Shown here: in pieces, positions 27,771 to 37,869 of the stretch
Layout of the letters: each line of letters opens with the position of its first letter
Numbering within the stretch: the stretch's first letter is position 1
Source of the DNA: Rhizaria sp. SCN 62-66
Taxonomy: Eukaryota
Length of the DNA stretch: 47,512 bases
Reading direction: 5' to 3'
Assembly (NCBI GenBank): GCA_001724265.1
Contig: MEDY01000227.1
Location: 1 to 47,512 of the forward strand
Notes under the pieces: model-generated
Told to the model about the DNA's origin: nothing
The model's input: the letters and a program-made list of their open reading frames with translations, nothing else
Database searches by the model: none
Translations under genes and position numbers: made by a program

Positions 27771-30700
27771 TCACCGGCCCCTGCCGCCCCTGCCGCCGCC
27801 CCTGCCGCCGCCGCGGCCGCCGCCTCCGCCACGGCCAGAGGGCTTGCCGCCGCCGCGGCCGCCGAGGCCCTTGCCGTTGCCGCTGCGCCAGCGGTTCTTG
27901 TTGTCGGCCTCCTTCTCGCGGCGGATCTCGGCCATGGTGCGGACGCCCGAGGTGAGGACGCGCCCGTTGTGGTCGCGGTCCGGGCCCTTCTGCTTGCTCC
28001 CGCGCACCGCCTCGAGCGTCGCGATGTTCTTCCCGCCGCGCCCGCCGCGGCGCATGTCGCTGCCGCCGAGCGCGCCGCCGCTGCCGCCACGGGGGCCGTT
28101 GTCGTAGCCGCCGTCGCCGTCGCCGCTGTCTCCGCCCAAGGACTCCGCGCCGCCATCGAGCGTCATGCGCGCGCCGCTGCTGGCCTTGCTGCTGCGCTGC
28201 CACTCGGCGTAGGCCTCGCCGGCCTTGGCCTTGGTGGCCCGGGACTCTGTGTTGACGCGCTTGCCGGCCTCGTTGATGACGACGCCGAAGGCGTCCTTCT
28301 TCTCGTGCGTCGTGACAAACTTGCGCTTGCGCTTGTCCCACTTCTCGACGCGCCGCGCCTTGAGGTGCTGCTCCTGGTCTTCGGCGCCCAGATCCATGAC
28401 CATGCTGTCGAGCGCGCGCGTGTTGATGGCGTAGCCGCTCGTCTCGGCCTCGCGCTCGGCCGCGTTGTACTCCATCGAGATGTAGTGCGCGGAGTCTTTG
28501 GTGCTCTCCAGCCGCCCGCGCTTGAGGCTGCGCCCGGATCCGGGGGCCGCGACCACGCCCGCTGACACTGAGGCCGAGGCGGCGGCGATGATGTCGGCCG
28601 CCTTCTCGCTCAGGTACGCCGCCCACACGGCCTCCATCTCGGCCCGGGACGCGTAGCCGCCGCTTTTGAGCGTGGCCTCGAGCTTCTTCCGCTTGCGCCG
28701 GTCCGCCACGGTCAGGTGCATGGTGCCCGCGGCAGCCGCGGCGCTCACGGCCTCGGCGGCGGCCGTCTCCTTGGCCTCGAGCTTGAGCTTGAGCTTAAGC
28801 TTAGCCAGCTGCGAGATAGCCCCCGCCGTGCCGACCTTGATCGGGCCACGCAGCTGCTGCGCCGCTGCGAGCGCACTCTCGTTCTGCTTTTCCTCAATGT
28901 CGCTGTCGACGTCGCCGAAGAGCTCCTCCTTCGCCGCCGTCGGGTTCGCCGCCGCGCGCGCCAACTCGATGTTGCGGTTGATCACCCAGTCGTCCTTGGC
29001 GCGCTTTTTGCGGATCGCGCCGTTGACGTCGCTCTGCAGCAGCTCGAACACCGTCTGCCGCGGCGTGTAGGCACTCAGGGCCTGCAGCGCGGCGTCGTAC
29101 TCAACCATGTCGATGCCCGTCGCACCCGCGCCTCCCGGCACGCTCGCATTCGGGACCGTGAGCCCGGTGATCGCGGCCGCCGCGGACATGCCGGAGAAGA
29201 TGGGGTGGATGGGCGGCAGACTGCATTCGCGCCACCGCTTGCTGGCCGCCGCCGAGGCCGACTCGCGCGTCTTGATGTACATCTTGGTCGCGTTGGTCAT
29301 GTACTTCTCCAGCGGCTCAAGGTTGCGCTCCTTGATGATGCTGCGCACGCTCTCCGTCTCCACGTCCAGCAGCGAGTTGGGGATGCGGCCCAGCGAGAGC
29401 TTGCGGTCGGGGTTCTCGCTGTCGGCGCTCCCCGCCTTGCTACTATGGTTGCCGTCGTCGTCGCCGTCGCCGTTGTCGCCGAGGTCGATGTCCAGGTCCA
29501 AGTCAGCCGCGGTTGCTGAGTCAGCAGAGTTAGCACTCTTACTCTTGCTCTTCTGAGTCTGAGGAACACCAAGCTCCACGTCAGAGTCATCGCCGTTCGC
29601 ACTCTTAGCCTCATCTTCGTCATTCTCGGACTCGGCCTCGGAGGAGGAGGACTCTGAGTCGGTCTCCGCGTCGCCGTTGCGGCGCCGCTTGGCCTTGGCG
29701 GCCTTGGCGGCGCGCTCTACGGCGGCTAGATCCTTCTTGGTCATGCCGCCGCCCTCGAGCAGCGGCATCTTCCACCCGAAGAAGAGGTACAGATCAAGCA
29801 AGTACGGCACCTCCTCGTTGATGCAGATCGAGTAGGCCGTGCCGGGCCGATTGGCACGCGCGACGCGGCCCGCGCGGTGAATGAACAGCTTCGGCTTAGC
29901 CGGGAAGTCGAAGTTGACCACGTTGTCCAGCAGCGGGATATCGAGGCCGCGCGCGGCGACGTCGGTGACGACCATGATACGGTAGTCCTTGCGGCGGAAG
30001 CCCTCGATGCCGTCCTTGCGCGAGTCCTGCTCCATGTGACCGTGCACCATGCACACCGACACGTGCAGCTCGCGCAGCGTCGCCGTGATGAACTCGACGT
30101 GGTGGCGTGTCGCCGCGAACACGATGGCCTGCTCCTGCGCAGGGATGACGTTGTTGATCAAGTAGAGCAGCGCGCCCAGCTTGTCCTTGGAGCGGCACAG
30201 GAAGAAGGACAGCGAGAGGTCCGGCGAGATCTTGGTTTCGGCGTCGAGGCGGATCGTGACGGGGTCCTTGAGCGACGCGCGCGAGAACTCTGCGAGCGCG
30301 CGCGGCATCGTCGCCGAGAAGAGCGCCGTCTGGCGAGTGTCGGGCATGCGCTTGGTGATCTCGTACAGCTGCGTGGCGAAGCCGGCCTCGAAGAGGCGGT
30401 CAGCCTCGTCGAAGACGCACAGAGAGACGTCGTCGAGCGAGAACTGGACCTCGATGAGGTGGTGCACAAGGCGACCGGGCGTGGCCACAATGACGTCGGG
30501 CTGGTTCGACAGCAGTTCGAACTGGGCCTCGAGCTTCTGCCCACCGACGAGCATGATGAAGCGCAGGTCCGTGAAGCGGCCCAGCTGCGAGAGCACCTTG
30601 AGCGTCTGCTGCGCCAGCTCGCGCGTGGGCGACAGCACCACGGCGCGGACGCCACCGGCTGTGGCGGCGCCCGAGGTGGGCCGGCCCTTGGCGTGGTTGT

Positions 30701-31622
30701 CGAGCTTGTGCAGGAGCGGGATAGCGAAGGCGGCCGTCTTGCCGGAGCCCGTGCGCGCCATCGCCACCACGTCGCGGCCCTCCATGAGCACCGGGATCGC
30801 CTTGCGCTGGATCGGGGTCGGGAGCTTGAAGCCCATCTTAAAGATGCCGCGGAAGATGTGCGGGTGGATGTCCATGCTCTGGAACCCGCCCGACTTCTTG
30901 GCCTTCTTCTTCTTGGCCGCGGCCGCCACCGTGTTGCCGTACGAGTCGTCGTCGGCGCCCGCGGTGATAGACTTCATGCGGCCGTCCTCCTCCTGCTCCT
31001 CGCGGTCCACGAACGACACCACGCCGTTGGCCACCACGGTCTGGATGTTGCGCTCCCGCTCCGCATCCTTGGCCTTGAGGAAGGCCTTGCGGTCGAACCG
31101 GCCCGTCTTGTCTAGGAACTCGTCGCTGAACTCGCGCTTACCGCCGGGGCCCTTCTTGCCCGCCTTGGCGTCCGCGCCCGCGCCCACGCCCTCGGCGGAG
31201 TCGAAGGCGGCCTGGCCGGCGGCGGCCTTGCGGGCCAGGTAGTCCTTGTCCTTCTTGCCGTGATCAGGATTAGCGCCCTCGCGCGGGGCCTTCTGCGACT
31301 GCTGGGCCTGCTTGAGCGCGCGGGTGGGGGCGAGGAGCCCGACGGGCTTGTGCGTCGACACGGCCGGGTCGGCGTTGTTGAGCAGGTCTCGCAGCGAGAG
31401 GCCGCTCGAGACGCCGCCGCTGCCGCCGCTGCTGCCGCCGGTGTCGTAGGAGAACGAGTCGTAGGGCCCGTAGGTTGCGCTGTCAAAGGGGGACGCGGAC
31501 TTGGAAAAGAGCGAGCTGAAGCGACTGGAGCCGATCTCGGAGGACGAGGGACGCAGGCTGCGGCCCGAGAGAGCGGTGGCGGGCTGCCTTCGGGAGGCGC
31601 CTGAACCCTGGTTCCCGCTCAT
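27771..31622 (-). CDS. DDX54: DEAD-box RNA helicase DDX54/Dbp10, 60S biogenesis (1283 aa)
   Basis: Q motif GGFQSM..GFKLPTPIQRK, ARTGSGKT, SPTRELA, TPGR, DEADR, SAT, TDVAARGLDIP, HRAGRVAR. DBP10CT-type motif KWDKRKRKFV...INEAGKRV...YAEW and an RGG tail. First ATG at 31622; the track start is an upstream TTG. Ends TGA. Confidence 0.96.
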   Translation of the reverse strand: MSGNQGSGASRRQPATALSGRSLRPSSSEIGSSRFSSLFSKSASPFDSATYGPYDSFSYDTGGSSGGSGGVSSGLSLRDLLNNADPAVSTHKPVGLLAPTRALKQAQQSQKAPREGANPDHGKKDKDYLARKAAAGQAAFDSAEGVGAGADAKAGKKGPGGKREFSDEFLDKTGRFDRKAFLKAKDAERERNIQTVVANGVVSFVDREEQEEDGRMKSITAGADDDSYGNTVAAAAKKKKAKKSGGFQSMDIHPHIFRGIFKMGFKLPTPIQRKAIPVLMEGRDVVAMARTGSGKTAAFAIPLLHKLDNHAKGRPTSGAATAGGVRAVVLSPTRELAQQTLKVLSQLGRFTDLRFIMLVGGQKLEAQFELLSNQPDVIVATPGRLVHHLIEVQFSLDDVSLCVFDEADRLFEAGFATQLYEITKRMPDTRQTALFSATMPRALAEFSRASLKDPVTIRLDAETKISPDLSLSFFLCRSKDKLGALLYLINNVIPAQEQAIVFAATRHHVEFITATLRELHVSVCMVHGHMEQDSRKDGIEGFRRKDYRIMVVTDVAARGLDIPLLDNVVNFDFPAKPKLFIHRAGRVARANRPGTAYSICINEEVPYLLDLYLFFGWKMPLLEGGGMTKKDLAAVERAAKAAKAKRRRNGDAETDSESSSSEAESENDEDEAKSANGDDSDVELGVPQTQKSKSKSANSADSATAADLDLDIDLGDNGDGDDDGNHSSKAGSADSENPDRKLSLGRIPNSLLDVETESVRSIIKERNLEPLEKYMTNATKMYIKTRESASAAASKRWRECSLPPIHPIFSGMSAAAAITGLTVPNASVPGGAGATGIDMVEYDAALQALSAYTPRQTVFELLQSDVNGAIRKKRAKDDWVINRNIELARAAANPTAAKEELFGDVDSDIEEKQNESALAAAQQLRGPIKVGTAGAISQLAKLKLKLKLEAKETAAAEAVSAAAAAGTMHLTVADRRKRKKLEATLKSGGYASRAEMEAVWAAYLSEKAADIIAAASASVSAGVVAAPGSGRSLKRGRLESTKDSAHYISMEYNAAEREAETSGYAINTRALDSMVMDLGAEDQEQHLKARRVEKWDKRKRKFVTTHEKKDAFGVVINEAGKRVNTESRATKAKAGEAYAEWQRSSKASSGARMTLDGGAESLGGDSGDGDGGYDNGPRGGSGGALGGSDMRRGGRGGKNIATLEAVRGSKQKGPDRDHNGRVLTSGVRTMAEIRREKEADNKNRWRSGNGKGLGGRGGGKPSGRGGGGGRGGGRGGGRGGRGR

Positions 31623-32146
31623 GAGAAGGAGGGTGTCTGTGGGGAAGGCAAGACAGGCACAGAACAATATTTAATTTCGAAAATAAGTATATGTGCTCAT
31701 GGAAATTCGGGAAACGTTGCTTAAATAGTTATCGTCGGAGCGTCTAGCGAGAGAGCAATGTTTTGCGTGTTACTCTGCTGCGGTGAGACTCGAGTCTCTC
31801 GTTGCCACCAGCGACTTTTTGCGAACCTTGCCAGGCTGCTTGCTCCGCCCCGCAAAGTTGACTTCTGGCTGGGAATATACAGAAGCTGTGCTCCATCATT
31901 TGATCGTCATGTTCAATTCTCGGAACACATCAAGATAGGAAATGCAGCCACATACTAACTGATTATCCTTAAATTTCTACTGCTTTCTTTCTTATAGGTT
32001 TGCCAGTCACCCGCCGCGGCCCGTTCTGCAGTGTGTTGTAGACCTCAATCCCCACCCTCAGCCACCGTCGCCTCGCCTGTCCCAGGCTTCTCCGGCCATT
32101 TTTCTTTCCCTGCACTCGTGCATATTACAGTTTACCCTCTCAGACC
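31623..32146. promoter_or_regulatory. Divergent intergenic region (DDX54 / RRP42), likely bidirectional promoter
   Basis: 524 bp between head-to-head ATGs. Contains the perfect palindrome GAGACTCGAGTCTC (31785-31798), CCGCCCCGCAAA (~31845), and splice-acceptor-like signals on both strands. Confidence 0.6.
31953..31997 (+). other. Branch point, polypyrimidine tract and 3' splice acceptor upstream of RRP42
   Basis: Perfect TACTAAC at 31953-31959, followed by a T/C-rich tract and TAG|G at 31995-31998. Confidence 0.6.
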
Positions 32147-33224
32147 ATGTCTGTTGTCCTTTCCGCTGCTGAGCAGCAGTACATCCAGGTGCGTCCTCAC
32201 TCCTCCACTCTCGCTCGTCTCTACGTCTCTTGCTATCTCTTTGAACTCTCAATCTGACACCTCCATTACCTTGCTTTTGTGTTGCGCCGCGCTATAGGAC
32301 GGTTTGGCCGACAACCTGCGCTGTGACGGCCGCACATGCTCCGAGCTGCGTCCCTTCTCGCTCCAGCTCAACCTCATCCCCTCGGCCAACGGCTCGGCGC
32401 AGGTCCGCCTGGCCGACACCTGCGTGCTCGCCGTGGTCAAGGCCGAGATCGGCGCCCCGCTGCCCGACGACGGCGCGGCCGGGGAGCGCTTGGGCCGTTT
32501 CGTCATTGCCGTGGACCTGACCGCGAACCCGACGGGCGCGCTGGACCGGCGCGCGGCCGAGGCCGCGAGCGTGACGCTGACCGCGCAGGTCTCGCGCATC
32601 CTCGTCGAGTCGGGCGCGCTCCGCCGCGAGCTGCTGTGCCTCATCCCGGGCAAGAAGTGCTGGGTCATCTCCATCGACGCCGTTGTGCTCTCGGCGGCGG
32701 GCAACGTGCTGGATGCGACGCTCATCGCGGTCAAGGCCGCGCTTAAGAGCACGCTCATCCCCGCCGTGACCGTGGTGCGGCGCGCGCCCGCCGACGCCGA
32801 GACGACCGCCACGGCCGCCGCGGGCCGCGCGAGCGACGACGTGACGCTGGAGGTGAGCGACGACCCGGCCGAGGCGCACGCGCTGGCGGCTTGGGACCCG
32901 CGTGTGCCGCTGACGGTGACCGTGAGCCGCGCGGGCGCTACGGCCTTCGTTGACCCGGACCAGAGCGAGGAGGCGTGCGTGACGGCCCGGGTCAGCGTCG
33001 CGTTCAACGACAAGGGCAAGATGCTGGGCACGTTCAAGCTGGGCGAGGGCGCGCTGGCGCCTGAGTCCGTGCGCGGCATGGTGCGGCTGGCCGCGCAGGT
33101 GGCGCAGCGCCTGCGCGGGCAGTTCGACGCCGCGTTTGACGAGGCGCTCGTGGCCGCCGGGGGCGAGGCCGCCGGGGAGGACGGCGGCGCCGGCAAGGAC
33201 GAGGGGAATGACGACGGGTATTGA
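32147..33224 (+). CDS. RRP42: Exosome complex RNase PH subunit Rrp42/EXOSC7; exons 32147-32188 and 32298-33224 (322 aa)
   Basis: The spliced N-terminus MSVVLSAAEQQYIQ|DGLADNLRCDGR matches the Rrp42 pattern LS.aE..yI..G...dlR.DGR. Also GSAQVRL..T.VLAVVKAEIG, KKCWVISID, GNVLDA..AVKAAL..TLIP. Ends TGA. Confidence 0.92.
32189..32297 (+). other. Spliceosomal GT-AG intron, 109 nt, phase 0
   Basis: Donor CAG|GTGCGT, branch-like CTGAC at 32254, pyrimidine-rich body, acceptor TAG|GAC. Its removal restores the conserved Rrp42 N-terminus. Confidence 0.9.
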
Positions 33225-33801
33225 GGCGACTGAGAGGGGTGATATGAACCACGTCTTGGCGATGAACTATGTCATTGCAAAAGAGCGAGATATATGCCAG
33301 TCAACTTGCTCCGATCTCTCGTAATGACAAGTGATGGACACTGGTGCTTGGCTGCTGCGCTGCTGTGTGGTTTGTTGAGAATTGTCGTTTGTATTTGGCT
33401 GGTGACGGGCCTTGGTTTCAATACATCAACGTACGTCTTCCAACGTACATGTACGTATTACATGTTTTTTAAGCCAGTTCGCCGCTTCACTTTTTGTTCG
33501 TTTCAGCGTCATAAATTGTGTTTCCAAGTAACTTACATGTAAGAGACTTACTAAGTAACTTATTCAAAGCTTCAGAGACACGCGAATTCCGCACCGACGC
33601 ACGCAGCTACATATATACTGTAGGGACAACGCCAGGCGAGTCGAGTTGAACGCTCAACTAGAAACATTGCTTTTTCTTAAAGTATAATTTGCAATACAAA
33701 TATTATTACACGATCCGAGTTAGTCTAACTTAAAGTTTCAGAAATATAATATGTATTTACAGTGTACATGATCGTAGAGTGTCGCGCTCCCACGTGCGGC
33801 G

Positions 33802-36800
33802 TTACACCTCGAGGCGCGCGCCGAGCCCGTGCAGCCCGTTGTAGAGCAGCGTATTGTCGGGCAACACGTACTGCTGGATCACCAGCTTCACGCCCGCGTC
33901 CGCCGCCGCGGCGCCGATGACGCCCGTGAGCGCGCCGATCTCGCTCGCGCCCTGCCGCGCCAGCTCCACGCTGCACTGCCAGAACTCGCGCGCCCGACTC
34001 GCGCCCGCATCCCCATGCGTACCATCATCAGCACCGGTGGGGGCGGTGAAGTAGTGCTTGTGCAGCCGCGAATGCAGCGCCTTCATCGCTTGCCCGTCCG
34101 CCTCCCAGGTCTTTTTTTCGGAACCGGGCGCGCGGCCCTGGTTGGCGTCGCGGAAGGCCTCGGCGGCGCGCAGGGCGATGTACCACTGCGTGTTGTAGGG
34201 GGTGCCTGCGCTGAGCACGCCGTCGTCGTCCTGGTCTTCGTTGTGCGACAGCAGCCCCGCGCTGTAGCCCCGGCCTGGCGCGCACCACCAGCTCGACTCG
34301 GTGCCTTCGCCCTCGCTGCCGCTGCTGCTGCCGGTGGCGGTGGCGGTGGCGGCGGCGGCGTTGATGGCGGCGGCGAGCTGGGCGGCCGCAGCGCGGACAA
34401 CCTCAGCCGTCGGCACAGTGGCCGCGGCTGTGTGGCTGTCCGCCACGGAACCTGGCTGCGGCTGAGGCCAGTTTTGGCAGACCTCCTGGGCAACGGTGCG
34501 CGTCTCGGTCACCCGCATGTCCTTGCAGTGTGCGAGCACGTGCTTCAACGGGTCCGCGACGCGCCACAGCGCCGCCGCGCGGCCGATGACCACGGATGCG
34601 GCGCCCGCGGTCACGGCGCAGCAGCCGCTCACGGTCGCTATTGAGCTCGCGGCGGCGGTGGTGGCGGTGAGGCTGTTGCGGCGGCTGCGGCTGCGGCTGC
34701 AGGCAGTCCTCGCACTCGTACTCGCACTCGTGTGGGTAGAGTGCGTAATGTTGCCGTTGAAGGGGGCGTATGCTGCGTTGACGCGGACCGACGACTCGTA
34801 GACCGAGGAGTCACTCATGAAGCTCTGCTGACTGGTCGCGCTCTCATGGCTGCTGGGCGCGGTCACGCTCTCCAAGCCCAGGCCCCGCGCGCCGACCGCA
34901 GTGGCAGCGGCAGCGGCGGCAGGGGCATCGGCGGGGGCGGGGGCGCCTGCAGCCGCGGCCCGGGCGGCGCCGGCCCAGTCGCCGCGCGCGGCCGCAGCGA
35001 GGACCCGCGCGAAGGCAGCCGCGTCCCGGTCGTGTTTGGCCGCGTACGCGCGCTTGACGGCGACGTAGCCGGCCGTGGCCGAGGCCATGTCTGGGAGTGC
35101 CGAGGCGGGGGGGCAGGGCAGGTGGCCGGCGCCGAGGCGCGGTGACAGCAGGAACAGGCGCAGGACGCGGACAAAGAGCCAGAACGGCGACACGCTCGTA
35201 ACAGCGGCGGCAGTCGACGCAGCAGCCGCAGCAGGGGCTGACTGGGCAGCAGTCGCTTCGGTGGCGATGGCTGCAGCGGTGGCGGCGACAAGAGTGCGGA
35301 TGCCGCCGATCGTAGCGGGGATGTCTTGGCCCAGGAGACGAAGCAACGCCGCCGCAGTCGCATCGACCTCCTCAGCAGCAGCGCTCCCGCCCGCGGTCAC
35401 CTTGGCGAGCGGGTGGTTGAGCACGGTCATCAGGTGCTGGTGGTAGCCGCCGCGGCTGCCCGCGCCCGCGCCCGCCGCGGCCGCGGGCACCGAGCGGGCG
35501 TGGGCCGCAGCCTCGGCGTAGTTGTCCTCGGGGTCGGTGAACAGCGCAGTCGCCGCAATCTGCGGGCCTGCGCCGCCAGCATTACCTTCACCCACACCCG
35601 AATTCGCGCTGGCGCTGGCGCTGGCGCTGTTAGTTGTCGTGTTGGGATCGGCGGCCTTCTTGGCGCTGCTGCTCGAGTGCACCCAGGCCAGGCCGGCGAC
35701 GTAGGCCGCGAACAGGGCCGCCGCCGCGACGGGGATGACGACGCCAGATCCACGCGTTCCGTCGGCGCCCGCGGCACCCGTGGCGCTTACGGTCGCCGCC
35801 GCTACGGAGCCGTGGAGCACGGCCGGCGCTAGCGGGTGCGCCCGCGCCTCGGCAGCGGTGCCGCACGCATACAGGTACGGCACAGCGACAGCCTCACTGG
35901 CGCTGGCGCCCATGTTGCCTTCAGTATCATCACTGGCGCTCGCGGGGGCACGCACCGCACGCGCGGTACGCGCGGGGTAGGGCGTGCCGGTGAAAAGGTA
36001 GGCTGCGCGGAGCAGGATGACTGGGAACGGGACGCGCGCGTGATGCTGCCGCAGGTCCTCCAGCGACTGGCACCGCCACCAGGCGGCCGACCACTGCTCT
36101 GGCTGAGATTGAGAGTTGGGTTGAAGCTGCTGCTCGTCGGTCATCGCCGTGTCAGCGGTACTGTTCGCGGTGGCAGGGGCCGCAGAGTCGCTGCCGCTGT
36201 CAGAGGGGTGCATCTCGAGACTAGACGGCTTGACGCTGACGCTGCTGCCGCACTGCTGCTTGACCGCGTCCTCGAGCGGCATGTCGACTACGTCGAACAT
36301 GGGGTGAAACGCGAGCTCCACGAGTTCTGGGAACACGCCCCCCACGCCCGCGAAGCCGTACTCACGAGTACTCGCAGTTGTGGTGACACTGTCGTCGTGA
36401 ACCTTGTCGCTGCGGGCGTCGTCGCCGTTGTTGCTGTTGTTGTGGGCAAAGACTGTGGCGAGCGCGCCTGTGAAGAGGAGGTCCTTCTTGTTGCCGGCGC
36501 CCTCGGGGTGGGTTTCTATCACCTCGCGGCGGCCATGCGAGACCCGCACCGCGCCTACCAGGCCGGCCGCGGTCACCAGCAGCAGCGGCACGCCCGCGCC
36601 CGCGCTCTCAGCCCCGGCCCCGGCGGCGCTCGCGGTGGCGCTCGCGGCGGCGGCAGAGGAGGTTGTGTGGTTGTGGCTGTTGGGGAGGGATGCCCTGGCG
36701 AGTGCATCAAGTGCGGCAGCGTGAGGGGTGTGCAGCAGCGACCGGTCGGCGATGATGAGGGCGTACTGCGACAGGTCCACCGCGGGGGGCAGCGCGTGCC

Positions 36801-37350
36801 CACGTGTTCCCGAAGCAGTACTAGTGGTACCAGTGTAAGTGCTTTGAGACTGTGAGAGCGACCGCGATTGCTGCTGAGACTGAGAGTTGTGCTTGTTGTG
36901 GTAGTAGTCGAGACAGGCCTCGACGAACGCGGCGGGTGTCACGTCCGTGACCGCGCGCGCGACGAGGTCCGGGTTGAGCCCGGCCATAAACTTGAGCATG
37001 GACTGGGCCCGGGGCAGCACGCCCACGTCCCCCTCCGAGACGTAGAAGTTGCTGCCGACGTCCGCCGCCGTGGTAGCCGCGGCGTCGACCACAGTCAGCG
37101 CGGGCACGCCGGTGACGACGAGGGACTTGGCGGCCTCGGACAGCGCGGCGCCGGAACCCAGCAGCAGGACGTGGGCGGAGCGGATGTGGCGCTGCCCGTG
37201 GGGGCCCCAGAGACGCACCTGGCGGTCGAAGAGCTTGTCCTCGTGACTACGGCCGCCGCCCAGGAGCACCGCGGGGCCGGGGGTCGTCGGGGTTGCGGTC
37301 GGCGGGGTGGGGGTTGAGGCACTGCCGGGCGCGGGGGCAGGGGAGGCCAT
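33802..37350 (-). CDS. NAE1: NEDD8-activating enzyme E1 regulatory subunit (APP-BP1/Ula1/AXR1), expanded to 1182 aa
   Basis: LFDRQVRLWGPHGQ, SEAAKSLVVTGV, DVGSNFYV, GLNPD, VIETHPE, HARVPFPVILL, DNYAEA, FWLFVRVL, LPDMAS.T..YV, and the C-terminal ELARQGASEI...VKLVIQQYVLPDNTLLYNG. Ends TAA. Confidence 0.92.
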   Translation of the reverse strand: MASPAPAPGSASTPTPPTATPTTPGPAVLLGGGRSHEDKLFDRQVRLWGPHGQRHIRSAHVLLLGSGAALSEAAKSLVVTGVPALTVVDAAATTAADVGSNFYVSEGDVGVLPRAQSMLKFMAGLNPDLVARAVTDVTPAAFVEACLDYYHNKHNSQSQQQSRSLSQSQSTYTGTTSTASGTRGHALPPAVDLSQYALIIADRSLLHTPHAAALDALARASLPNSHNHTTSSAAAASATASAAGAGAESAGAGVPLLLVTAAGLVGAVRVSHGRREVIETHPEGAGNKKDLLFTGALATVFAHNNSNNGDDARSDKVHDDSVTTTASTREYGFAGVGGVFPELVELAFHPMFDVVDMPLEDAVKQQCGSSVSVKPSSLEMHPSDSGSDSAAPATANSTADTAMTDEQQLQPNSQSQPEQWSAAWWRCQSLEDLRQHHARVPFPVILLRAAYLFTGTPYPARTARAVRAPASASDDTEGNMGASASEAVAVPYLYACGTAAEARAHPLAPAVLHGSVAAATVSATGAAGADGTRGSGVVIPVAAAALFAAYVAGLAWVHSSSSAKKAADPNTTTNSASASASANSGVGEGNAGGAGPQIAATALFTDPEDNYAEAAAHARSVPAAAAGAGAGSRGGYHQHLMTVLNHPLAKVTAGGSAAAEEVDATAAALLRLLGQDIPATIGGIRTLVAATAAAIATEATAAQSAPAAAAASTAAAVTSVSPFWLFVRVLRLFLLSPRLGAGHLPCPPASALPDMASATAGYVAVKRAYAAKHDRDAAAFARVLAAAARGDWAGAARAAAAGAPAPADAPAAAAAATAVGARGLGLESVTAPSSHESATSQQSFMSDSSVYESSVRVNAAYAPFNGNITHSTHTSASTSARTACSRSRSRRNSLTATTAAASSIATVSGCCAVTAGAASVVIGRAAALWRVADPLKHVLAHCKDMRVTETRTVAQEVCQNWPQPQPGSVADSHTAAATVPTAEVVRAAAAQLAAAINAAAATATATGSSSGSEGEGTESSWWCAPGRGYSAGLLSHNEDQDDDGVLSAGTPYNTQWYIALRAAEAFRDANQGRAPGSEKKTWEADGQAMKALHSRLHKHYFTAPTGADDGTHGDAGASRAREFWQCSVELARQGASEIGALTGVIGAAAADAGVKLVIQQYVLPDNTLLYNGLHGLGARLEV

Positions 37351-37869
37351 CAGGTCTGGGGGCGCGATGGGTTAGAGTTGTAGACGGGGGTATATCAAAG
37401 CGTGTAGAGGAATGAGGAGAACGTGAGTTGTGGTCTAATAATATGCACAAAAAGTATTATGCACAATACTTTTGCACCGTTAATAATAATTCTATTGTAA
37501 ATGGGTAGAAGCGAGGAGATGTTTACTCAGGAAGGTCGATTGTGTTTGTGGTGAGAGTGGGGTGAGGGGGACCGAAAAAAAGCCCGCCCCGAAATACTAC
37601 TCGCTCTTAGTTCGCTCTGCGCCCGCGGTTCTTATCTCCCACACCGGCTCTTCGCATTTCCATGACTTGTAATTACGAAAGATAGCTAGCTAACTTCTAT
37701 TCACTGTGTACCAACATATTATTTTGCTCACTGACGGACTCGAACCCCTTCATTTTTACCCATTTAGCACCCCACCAACACACTCTCTCTCGCCAGGTCG
37801 TCAGCGTCACTTCTCCCCACAACCCCACAGTTCCTCCGTAGCTGCGTTGTCCCGCGCGCCTTTTGCACG
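37351..37869. promoter_or_regulatory. Divergent intergenic region (NAE1 / WDR46), likely bidirectional promoter
   Basis: 519 bp between head-to-head ATGs. Contains CCGCCCCGAAA (~37584) and the inverted repeat AAAAGTATT..AATACTTTT (~37450-37473). Confidence 0.6.

Noticed and set aside
37736-37748. GGGTTCGAGTCC on the minus strand, resembling a tRNA T-loop or B-box (checked as a possible amber suppressor tRNA)
   Set aside because: The T-stem does not pair beyond 2 bp, and no D-arm, anticodon arm or acceptor stem can be built. I saw no tRNA gene in the window.
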